A stretch of 64,000 nt of DNA from Auanema rhodensis (lineage: Eukaryota > Animalia > Nematoda): contig OZ059899.1 in the NCBI GenBank assembly GCA_964057225.1, positions 9,796,001 to 9,860,000 of the forward strand, in the 5' to 3' direction. The translations under genes were made by a program, and so were the position numbers. The number at the start of each line of letters is the position of its first letter. Position 1 is the first letter of the stretch. Under the pieces are notes generated by a model. It saw nothing but the letters and a program-made list of their open reading frames with translations, made no database searches and was not told the DNA's origin. This document shows, one piece after another, positions 1 to 11,547 of the stretch.

Positions 1-359
1 TCCATAGTTTTTCTCTTAATTTCTCTCATCACAATAGTCTTAGTTTTTTTTCATAAGAATTTCTGGAATCTTAGTTGAACAAGGCAGTATATAATTTTTT
101 CTGGAATTCGAAAGCATTTGGGATGGAAATTAGAAAGAAAAGAACTAGTTTTTCCTACTTTAAAACAAACAATAAGAAATAAAATGAAAAAGATTGTTAG
201 AAATCCAATTTAAACTTATACATTTACTTTGATAAAGAGCCTATTAGTTTGAAATTTTATGTCTCACAGTTCTCCAACAGAACAGACTGATCCTGATTTC
301 TCTATGATTACATAAAACTCTCGTTTGATATACAAAAAGGAGAGGAATAACGTTTCCAG

Positions 360-374
360 GATATCAATGATATC
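360..374. other. 15-bp palindrome GATATCA-A-TGATATC present in nearly every full monomer
   Basis: 7-bp perfect inverted arms around one central base; function unknown. Confidence 0.8.
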
Positions 375-2545
375 GAATCTAGTGTTATTGTAGAAAAATG
401 TAATGTCAGCTCCATAGGTTTTCTCTTAATTTCTCTCATCACAATAGTCTTAGTTTTTTTTCATAAGAGTTGTTGAAATCTTAGTTGAACAAGGCAGTAT
501 ATATTTTTTTCTGGAATTCGAAAGCATTTGGGATGGAAATTAGAAAGAAAAGAACTAGTTTTTCCTACTTTAAAACAAACAATAAGAAATAAAATGAAAA
601 AGATTGTTAGATATCCAATTTAAACTTATACATTTACTTCGATAAAGAGCCTATTAGTTTGAAATTTTATGTCTTACAGTTCTCCAACAGAACAGACTGA
701 TCCTGATTTCTCTATGATTACATAAAACTCTCGTTTGATATACAAAAAGGAGAGGAATAACGTTTCCAGGATATCAATGATATCGAATCTAGTGATATTG
801 TAAAAAAATGTAATGTCAGCTCCATAGTTTTTCTCTTAATTTCTCTCATCACAATAGTCTTAGTTTTTTTTTCATAAGAGTTTCTGAAATCTTAGTTGAA
901 CAAGGCAGTATATATTTTTTTCTGGAATTCGAAAGCATTTGGGATGGAAATTAGAAAGAAAAGAACTAGTTTTTCCTACTTTAAAACAAACAATAAGAAA
1001 TAAAATGAAAAAGATTGTTAGATATCCTATTTAAACTTATACATTTACTTCGATAAAGAGCCTATTAGTTTGAAATTTTATGTCTCACAGTTCTCCAACA
1101 GAACAGACTGATCCTGATTTCTCTATGATTACATAAAACTCTCGTTTGATATACAAAAAGGAGAGGAATAACGTTTCCAGGATATCAATGATATCGAATC
1201 TAGTGATATTGTAGAAAAATGTAATGTCAGCTCCATAGGTTTTCTCTTAATTTCTCTCATCACAATAGTCTTAGTTTTTTTTTCATAAGAGTTGTTGAAA
1301 TCTTAGTTGAACAAGGCAGTATATATTTTTTTCTGGAATTCGAAAGCATTTGGGATGGAAATTAGAAAGAAAAGAACTAGTTTTTCCTACTTTAAAACAA
1401 ACAATAAGAAATAAAATGAAAAAGATTGTTAGATATCCAATTTAAACTTATACATTTACTTCGATAAAGAGCCTATTAGTTTGAAATTTTATGTCTTACA
1501 GTTCTCCAACAGAACAGACTGATCCTGATTTCTCTATGATTACATAAAACTCTCGTTTGATATACAAAAAGGAGAGGAATAACGTTTCCAGGATATCAAT
1601 GATATCGAATCTAGTGATATTGTAGAAAAATGTAATGTCAGCTCCATAGTTTTTCTCTTAATTTCTCTCATCACAATAGTCTTAGTTTTTTTTTCATAAG
1701 AGTTTCTGAAATCTTAGTTGAACAAGGCAGTATATATTTTTTTCTGGAATTCGAAAGCATTTGGGATGGAAATTAGAAAGAAAAGAACTAGTTTTTCCTA
1801 CTTTAAAACAAACAATAAGAAATAAAATGAAAAAGATTGTTAGATATCCAATTTAAACTTATACATTTACTTCTATAAAGAGCCTATTAGTTTGAAATTT
1901 TATGTCTTACAGTTCTCCAACAGAATAGACTGATCCTGATTTCTCTATGATTACATAAAACTCTCGTTTGATATACAAAATAGAGAGGAATAACGTTTCC
2001 AGGATATCAATGATATCAAATCTAGTGATATTGTAGAAAAATGTAATGTCAGCTCCATAGTTTTTCTCTTAATTTCTCTCATCACAATAGTCTTAGTTTT
2101 TTTTCATAAGAGTTTCTGAAATCTTAGTTGAACAAGGCAGTATATATTTTTTTCTGGAATTCGAAAGCATTTGGGATGTAAATTAGAAAGAAAACAACTA
2201 GTTTTTCCTACTTTAAAACAAACAATAAGAAATAAAATGAAAAAGATTGTTAGATATCCAATTTAAACTTATACATTTACTTCGATAAAGAGCCTATTAG
2301 TTTGAAATTTTATGTCTTACAGTTCTCCAACAGAACAGACTGATCCTGATTTCTCTATGATTACATAAAACTCTCGTTTGATATACAAAAAGGAGAGGAA
2401 TAACGTTTCCAGGATATCAATGATATCGAATCTAGTGATATTGTAGAAAAATGTAATGTCAGCTCCATAGTTTTTCTCTTAATTTCTCTCATCACAATAG
2501 TCTTAGTTTTTTTTCATAAGAGTTTCTGAAATCTTAGTTGAACAA

Positions 2546-2618
2546 GGCCGCGTGGCGCAATGGATAACGCGTCTGCCTACGGAGCAGAAGATTGTAGGTT
2601 CGAATCCTGCCGTGGTCG
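2546..2618 (+). tRNA. tRNA-Arg(ACG)
   Basis: 73-nt cloverleaf: acceptor GGCCGCG/CGTGGTC plus discriminator G; anticodon arm TCTGC-CTACGGA-GCAGA; T arm GTAGG-TTCGAAT-CCTGC; A box TGGCGCAATGG; B box GGTTCGAATCC; no CCA. Confidence 0.97.
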
Positions 2619-2622
2619 TAAA

Positions 2623-2629
2623 TTTTTTT
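2623..2629 (+). terminator. RNA polymerase III oligo-T terminator (representative; T6-T8 follows every tRNA copy)
   Basis: GGTCG-TAAA-TTTTTTT; a T-run begins 3-4 nt after the discriminator base. Confidence 0.85.
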
Positions 2630-4090
2630 CATTTCACTTGTCATTTATAAAAATCGAATTTATCTTCTTCAACGATTATTTTTGCAATGTGTCATAAGAA
2701 TTTTATAGTTGAACAAAACGTTTTTTAAGAAGTTTTTTTGTTGTCAACATATATATTTTCCTGGAATTCGAAAGCATTTGGGATGGAAATTAGAAAGAAA
2801 AGAACTAGTTTTTCCTACTTTAAAACAAACAATAAGAAATAAAATGAAAAAGATTGTTAGAAATCCAATTTAAACTTATACATTTACTTTGATAAAGAGC
2901 CTATTAGTTTGAAATTTTATGTCTCACAGTTCTCCAACAGAACAGACTGATCCTGATTTCTCTATGATTACATAAAACTCTCGTTTGATATACAAAAAGG
3001 AGAGGAATAACGTTTCCAGGATATCAATGATATCGAATCTAGTGATATTGTAGAAAAATGTAATATCAGCTCCATAGGTTTTCTCTTAATTTCTCTCATC
3101 ACAATAGTCTTAGTTTTTTTTTCATAAGAGTTTCTGAAATCTTAGTTGAACAAGGCAGTATATATTTTTTTCTGGAATTCGAAAGCATTTGGGATGGAAA
3201 TTAGAAAGAAAAGAACTAGTTTTTCCTACTTTAAAACAAACAATAAGAAATAAAATGAAAAAGATTGTTAGATATCCAATTTAAACTTATACATTTACTT
3301 CGATAAAGAGCCTATTAGTTTGAAATTTTATGTCTTACAGTTCTCCAACAGAACAGACTGATCCTGATTTCTCTATGATTACATAAAACTCTCGTTTGAT
3401 ATACAAAAAGGAGAGGAATAACGTTTCCAGGATATCAATGATATCGAATCTAGTGATATTGTAAAAAAATGTAATGTCAGCTCCATAGGTTTTCTCTTAA
3501 TTTCTCTCATCACAATAGTCTTAGTTTTTTTTCATAAGAGTTGTTGAAATCTTAGTTGAACAAGGCAGTATATATTTTTTTCTGGAATTCGAAAGCATTT
3601 GGGATGGAAATTAGAAAGAAAAGAACTAGTTTTTCCTACTTTAAAACAAACAATAAGAAATAAAATGAAAAAGATTGTTAGATATCCAATTTAAACTTAT
3701 ACATTTACTTCGATAAAGAGCCTATTAGTTTGAAATTTTATGTCTTACAGTTCTCCAACAGAACAGACTGATCCTGATTTCTCTATGATTACATAAAACT
3801 CTCGTTTGATATACAAAAAGGAGAGGAATAACGTTTCCAGGATATCAATGATATCGAATCTAGTGATATTGTAGAAAAATGTAATGTCAGCTCCATAGTT
3901 TTTCTCTTAATTTCTCTCATCACAATAGTCTTAGTTTTTTTTTCATAAGAGTTTCTGAAATCTTAGTTGAACAAGGCAGTATATATTTTTTACTGGAATT
4001 CGAAAGCATTTGGGATGGAAATTAGAAAGAAAAGAACTAGTTTTTCCTACTTTAAAACAAACAATAAGAAATAAAATGAAAAAGATTGTT

Positions 4091-4335
4091 AGATATCCTA
4101 TTTAAACTTATACATTTACTTCGATAAAGAGCCTATTAGTTTGAAATTTTATGTCTTACAGTTCTCCAACAGAACAGACTGATCCTGATTGCTCTATGAT
4201 TACATAAAACTCTCGTTTGATATAAAAGCATATTGGATAGAAATTTCGAAAGCATTTTGGATGGAAATTAGAACGAAAAGAACTAGTTTTTTCTATTTTA
4301 AAACAAACAATAATAAACAAAATGAAAAGATTGTT
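4091..4335. repeat. Truncated about 245-bp monomer variant (junctions near 4224, 6933, 10248, 13153, 59954)
   Basis: GTTTGATATA joins AAAGCATATTGGAT(A/C)GAAATTTCGAAAGCATTTTGG, skipping the second half of the monomer. Confidence 0.92.
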
Positions 4336-7300
4336 AGATATCCAATTTAAACTTATACATTTACTTCGATAAAGAGCCTATTAGTTTGAAATTTTATGTC
4401 TTACAGTTCTCCAACAGAACAGACTGATCCTGATTTCTCTATGATTACATAAAACTCTCGTTTGATATACAAAAAGGAGAGGAATAACGTTTCCAGGATA
4501 TCAATGATATCGAATCTAGTGATATTGTAGAAAAATGTAATGTCAGCTCCATAGTTTTTCTCTTAATTTCTCTCATCACAATAGTCTTAGTTTTTTTTTC
4601 ATAAGAGTTTCTGAAATCTTAGTTGAACAAGGCAGTATATATTTTTTTCTGGAATTCGAAAGCATTTGGGATGGAAATTAGAAAGAAAAGAACTAGTTTT
4701 TCCTACTTTAAAACAAACAATAAGAAATAAAATGAAAAAGATTGTTAGATATCCTATTTAAACTTATACATTTACTTCGATAAAGAGCCTATTAGTTTGA
4801 AATTTTATGTCTCACAGTTCTCCAACAGAACAGACTGATCCTGATTTCTCTATGATTACATAAAACTCTCGTTTGATATACAAAAAGGAGAGGAATAACG
4901 TTTCCAGGATATCAATGATATCGAATCTAGTGATATTGTAGAAAAATGTAATGTCAGCTCCATAGGTTTTCTCTTAATTTCTCTCATCACAATAGTCTTA
5001 GTTTTTTTTTCATAAGAGTTGTTGAAATCTTAGTTGAACAAGGCAGTATATATTTTTTTCTGGAATTCGAAAGCATTTGGGATGGAAATTAGAAAGAAAA
5101 GAACTAGTTTTTCCTACTTTAAAACAAACAATAAGAAATAAAATGAAAAAGATTGTTAGATATCCAATTTAAACTTATACATTTACTTCGATAAAGAGCC
5201 TATTAGTTTGAAATTTTATGTCTTACAGTTCTCCAACAGAACAGACTGATCCTGATTTCTCTATGATTACATAAAACTCTCGTTTGATATACAAAAAGGA
5301 GAGGAATAACGTTTCCAGGATATCAATGATATCGAATCTAGTGATATTGTAGAAAAATGTAATGTCAGCTCCATAGTTTTTCTCTTAATTTCTCTCATCA
5401 CAATAGTCTTAGTTTTTTTTTCATAAGAGTTTCTGAAATCTTAGTTGAACAAGGCAGTATATATTTTTTTCTGGAATTCGAGAGCATTTGGGATGGAAAT
5501 TAGAAAGAAAAGAACTAGTTTTTCCTACTTTAAAACAAACAATAAGAAATAAAATGAAAAAGATTGTTAGATATCCAATTTAAACTTATACATTTACTTC
5601 GATAAAGAGCCTATTAGTTTGAAATTTTATGTCTTACAGTTCTCCAACAGAACAGACTGATCCTGATTTCTCTATGATTACATAAAACTCTTGTTTGATA
5701 TACAAAAAGAAGAGAAATAACGTTTCCAGGATATCAATGATATCGAATCTAGTGATATTGTAGAAAAATGTAATGTCAGCTCCATAGTTTTTCTCTTAAT
5801 TTCTCTCATCACAATAGTCTTAGTTTTTTTTCATAAGAGTTTCTGAAATCTTAGTTGAACAAGGCAGTATATATTTTTTTCTGGAATTCGAAAGCATTTG
5901 GGATGGAAATTAGAAAAAAAAGAACTGGTTTTTCCTACTTTAAAACAAACAATAAGAAATAAAATGAAAAAGATTGTTAGATATCCAATTTAAACTTATA
6001 CATTTACTTCGATAAAGAGCCTATTAGTTTGAAATTTTATGTCTTACAGTTCTCCAACAGAACAGACTGATCCTGATTTCTCTATGATTACATAAAACTC
6101 CCGTTTGATATACAAAATAGAGAGGAATAACGTTTCCAGGATATCAATGATATCGAATCTAGTGATATTGTGGAAAAATGTAATGTCAGCTCCATAGTTT
6201 TTCTCTTAATTTCTCTCATCACAATAGTCTTAGTTTTTTTTTCATAAGAGTTTCTGAAATCTTAGTTGAACAAGGCAGTATATATTTTTTTCTGGAATTC
6301 GAAAGCATTTGGGATGGAAATCAGAAAGAAAAGAACTAGTTTTTCCTACTTTAAAACAAACAATAAGAAATAAAATGAAAAAGATTGTTAGATATCCAAT
6401 TTAAACTTATACATTTACTTTGATAAAGAGCCTATTAGTTTGAAATTTTATGTCTTACAGTTCTCCAACAGAACAGACTGATCCTGATTTCTCTATGATT
6501 ACATAAAACTCTCGTTTGATATACAAAACGGAGAGGAATAACGTTTCCAGGATATCAATGATATCGAATCTAGTGATATTGTAGAAAAATGTAATGTCAG
6601 CTCCATAGTTTTTCTCTTAATTTCTCTCATCACAATAGTCTTAGTTTTTTTTCATAAGAGTTTCTGAAATCTTAGTTGAACAAGGCAGTATATATTTTTT
6701 TCTGGAATTCGAAAGCATTTGGGATGGAAATTAGAAAGAAAAGAACTAGTTTTTCCTACTTTAAAACAAACAATAAGAAATAAAATGAAAAAGATTGTTA
6801 GATATCCTATTTAAACTTATACATTTACTTCGATAAAGAGCCTATTAGTTTGAAATTTTATGTCTTACAGTTCTCCAACAGAACAGACTGATCCTGATTG
6901 CTCTATGATTACATAAAACTCTCGTTTGATATAAAAGCATATTGGATAGAAATTTCGAAAGCATTTTGGATGGAAATTAGAACGAAAAGAACTAGTTTTT
7001 TCTATTTTAAAACAAACAATAATAAACAAAATGAAAAGATTGTTAGATATCCAATTTAAACTTATACATTTACTTCGATAAAGAGCCTATTAGTTTGAAA
7101 TTTTATGTCTTACAGTTCTCCAACAGAACAGACTGATCCTGATTTCTCTATGATTACATAAAACTCTCGTTTGATATACAAAAAGGAGAGGAATAACGTT
7201 TCCAGGATATCAATGATATCGAATCTAGTGATATTGTAGAAAAATGTAATGTCAGCTCCATAGTTTTTCTCTTAATTTCTCTCATCACAATAGTCTTAGT

Positions 7301-8159
7301 TTTTTTTTCATAAGAGTTTCTGAAATCTTAGTTGAACAAGGCAGTATATATTTTTTTCTGGAATTCGAAAGCATTTGGGATGGAAATTAGAAAGAAAAGA
7401 ACTAGTTTTTCCTACTTTAAAACAAACAATAAGAAATAAAATGAAAAAGATTGTTAGATATCCAATTTAAACTTATACATTTACTTCGATAAAGAGCCTA
7501 TTAGTTTGAAATTTTATGTCTTACAGTTCTCCAACAGAATAGACTGATCCTGATTTCTCTATGATTACATAAAACTCTCGTTTGATATACAAAATAGAGA
7601 GGAATAACGTTTCCAGGATATCAATGATATCAAATCTAGTGATATTGTAGAAAAATGTAATGTCAGCTCCATAGTTTTTCTCTTAATTTCTCTCATCACA
7701 ATAGTCTTAGTTTTTTTTCATAAGAGTTTCTGAAATCTTAGTTGAACAAGGCAGTATATATTTTTTTCTGGAATTCGAAAGCATTTGGGATGTAAATTAG
7801 AAAGAAAACAACTAGTTTTTCCTACTTTAAAACAAACAATAAGAAATAAAATGAAAAAGATTGTTAGATATCCAATTTAAACTTATACATTTACTTCGAT
7901 AAAGAGCCTATTAGTTTGAAATTTTATGTCTTACAGTTCTCCAACAGAACAGACTGATCCTGATTTCTCTATGATTACATAAAACTCTCGTTTGATATAC
8001 AAAAAGGAGAGGAATAACGTTTCCAGGATATCAATGATATCGAATCTAGTGATATTGTAGAAAAATGTAATGTCAGCTCCATAGTTTTTCTCTTAATTTC
8101 TCTCATCACAATAGTCTTAGTTTTTTTTCATAAGAGTTTCTGAAATCTTTGTTGAACAA

Positions 8160-8232
8160 GGCCGCGTGGCGCAATGGATAACGCGTCTGCCTACGGAGCA
8201 GAAGATTGTAGGTTCGAATCCTGCCGTGGTCG
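8160..8232 (+). tRNA. tRNA-Arg(ACG)
   Basis: Identical to the copy at 2546. Confidence 0.97.
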
Positions 8233-11200
8233 TAAATTTTTTTCATTTCACTTGTCATTTATAAAAATCGAATTTATCTTCTTCAACGATTATTTTTGCA
8301 ATGTGTCATAAGAATTTTATAGTTGAACAAAACGTTTTTTAAGAAGTTTTTTTGTTGTCAACATATATATTTTCCTGGAATTCGAAAGCATTTGGGATGG
8401 AAATTAGAAAGAAAAGAACTAGTTTTTCCTACTTTAAAACAAACAATAAGAAATAAAATGAAAAAGATTGTTAGATATCCAATTTAAACTTATACATTTA
8501 CTTCGATAAAGAGCCTATTAGTTTGAAATTTTATGTCTTACAGTTCTCCAACAGAACAGACTGATCCTGATTTCTCTATGATTACATAAAACTCTCGTTT
8601 GATATACAAAAAGGAGAGGAATAACGTTTCCAGGATATCAATGATATCGAATCTAGTGATATTGTAGAAAAATGTAATGTCAGCTCCATAGTTTTTCTCT
8701 TAATTTCTCTCATCACAATAGTCTTAGTTTTTTTTTCATAAGAGTTTCTGAAATCTTAGTTGAACAAGGCAGTATATATTTTTTTCTGGAATTCGAGAGC
8801 ATTTGGGATGGAAATTAGAAAGAAAAGAACTAGTTTTTCCTACTTTAAAACAAACAATAAGAAATAAAATGAAAAAGATTGTTAGATATCCAATTTAAAC
8901 TTATACATTTACTTCGATAAAGAGCCTATTAGTTTGAAATTTTATGTCTTACAGTTCTCCAACAGAACAGACTGATCCTGATTTCTCTATGATTACATAA
9001 AACTCTTGTTTGATATACAAAAAGAAGAGAAATAACGTTTCCAGGATATCAATGATATCGAATCTAGTGATATTGTAGAAAAATGTAATGTCAGCTCCAT
9101 AGTTTTTCTCTTAATTTCTCTCATCACAATAGTCTTAGTTTTTTTTCATAAGAGTTTCTGAAATCTTAGTTGAACAAGGCAGTATATATTTTTTTCTGGA
9201 ATTCGAAAGCATTTGGGATGGAAATTAGAAAAAAAAGAACTGGTTTTTCCTACTTTAAAACAAACAATAAGAAATAAAATGAAAAAGATTGTTAGATATC
9301 CAATTTAAACTTATACATTTACTTCGATAAAGAGCCTATTAGTTTGAAATTTTATGTCTTACAGTTCTCCAACAGAACAGACTGATCCTGATTTCTCTAT
9401 GATTACATAAAACTCCCGTTTGATATACAAAATAGAGAGGAATAACGTTTCCAGGATATCAATGATATCGAATCTAGTGATATTGTGGAAAAATGTAATG
9501 TCAGCTCCATAGTTTTTCTCTTAATTTCTCTCATCACAATAGTCTTAGTTTTTTTTTCATAAGAGTTTCTGAAATCTTAGTTGAACAAGGCAGTATATAT
9601 TTTTTTCTGGAATTCGAAAGCATTTGGGATGGAAATCAGAAAGAAAAGAACTAGTTTTTCCTACTTTAAAACAAACAATAAGAAATAAAATGAAAAAGAT
9701 TGTTAGATATCCAATTTAAACTTATACATTTACTTTGATAAAGAGCCTATTAGTTTGAAATTTTATGTCTTACAGTTCTCCAACAGAACAGACTGATCCT
9801 GATTTCTCTATGATTACATAAAACTCTCGTTTGATATACAAAACGGAGAGGAATAACGTTTCCAGGATATCAATGATATCGAATCTAGTGATATTGTAGA
9901 AAAATGTAATGTCAGCTCCATAGTTTTTCTCTTAATTTCTCTCATCACAATAGTCTTAGTTTTTTTTCATAAGAGTTTCTGAAATCTTAGTTGAACAAGG
10001 CAGTATATATTTTTTTCTGGAATTCGAAAGCATTTGGGATGGAAATTAGAAAGAAAAGAACTAGTTTTTCCTACTTTAAAACAAACAATAAGAAATAAAA
10101 TGAAAAAGATTGTTAGATATCCTATTTAAACTTATACATTTACTTCGATAAAGAGCCTATTAGTTTGAAATTTTATGTCTTACAGTTCTCCAACAGAACA
10201 GACTGATCCTGATTGCTCTATGATTACATAAAACTCTCGTTTGATATAAAAGCATATTGGATAGAAATTTCGAAAGCATTTTGGATGGAAATTAGAACGA
10301 AAAGAACTAGTTTTTTCTATTTTAAAACAAACAATAATAAACAAAATGAAAAGATTGTTAGATATCCAATTTAAACTTATACATTTACTTCGATAAAGAG
10401 CCTATTAGTTTGAAATTTTATGTCTTACAGTTCTCCAACAGAACAGACTGATCCTGATTTCTCTATGATTACATAAAACTCTCGTTTGATATACAAAAAG
10501 GAGAGGAATAACGTTTCCAGGATATCAATGATATCGAATCTAGTGATATTGTAGAAAAATGTAATGTCAGCTCCATAGTTTTTCTCTTAATTTCTCTCAT
10601 CACAATAGTCTTAGTTTTTTTTTCATAAGAGTTTCTGAAATCTTAGTTGAACAAGGCAGTATATATTTTTTTCTGGAATTCGAAAGCATTTGGGATGGAA
10701 ATTAGAAAGAAAAGAACTAGTTTTTCCTACTTTAAAACAAACAATAAGAAATAAAATGAAAAAGATTGTTAGATATCCAATTTAAACTTATACATTTACT
10801 TCGATAAAGAGCCTATTAGTTTGAAATTTTATGTCTTACAGTTCTCCAACAGAATAGACTGATCCTGATTTCTCTATGATTACATAAAACTCTCGTTTGA
10901 TATACAAAATAGAGAGGAATAACGTTTCCAGGATATCAATGATATCAAATCTAGTGATATTGTAGAAAAATGTAATGTCAGCTCCATAGTTTTTCTCTTA
11001 ATTTCTCTCATCACAATAGTCTTAGTTTTTTTTCATAAGAGTTTCTGAAATCTTAGTTGAACAAGGCAGTATATATTTTTTTCTGGAATTCGAAAGCATT
11101 TGGGATGTAAATTAGAAAGAAAACAACTAGTTTTTCCTACTTTAAAACAAACAATAAGAAATAAAATGAAAAAGATTGTTAGATATCCAATTTAAACTTA

Positions 11201-11474
11201 TACATTTACTTCGATAAAGAGCCTATTAGTTTGAAATTTTATGTCTTACAGTTCTCCAACAGAACAGACTGATCCTGATTTCTCTATGATTACATAAAAC
11301 TCTCGTTTGATATACAAAAAGGAGAGGAATAACGTTTCCAGGATATCAATGATATCGAATCTAGTGATATTGTAGAAAAATGTAATGTCAGCTCCATAGT
11401 TTTTCTCTTAATTTCTCTCATCACAATAGTCTTAGTTTTTTTTCATAAGAGTTTCTGAAATCTTTGTTGAACAA

Positions 11475-11547
11475 GGCCGCGTGGCGCAATGGATAACGCG
11501 TCTGCCTACGGAGCAGAAGATTGTAGGTTCGAATCCTGCCGTGGTCG
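11475..11547 (+). tRNA. tRNA-Arg(ACG)
   Basis: Identical to the copy at 2546. Confidence 0.97.

Noticed and set aside
99-115. TTCTGGAATTCGAAAG as a heat-shock element or B box
   Set aside because: Only two correctly spaced nGAAn units are present, and it lacks the G and terminal C of the GTTCRANNC B box.
277-297. Plus-strand resemblance of CAGAACAGACTGATCCTG (and ATTGTAG at 387-393) to the tRNA variable/T arm
   Set aside because: The matches are short, need large gaps and are not colinear; likely chance.
2546-2760. tRNA-derived SINE or independent retro-insertions
   Set aside because: The tRNA is intact with a terminator right after it. There is no CCA, poly(A) tail or target-site duplication, and every copy sits at the same position with the same trailer, which indicates amplification with the array.
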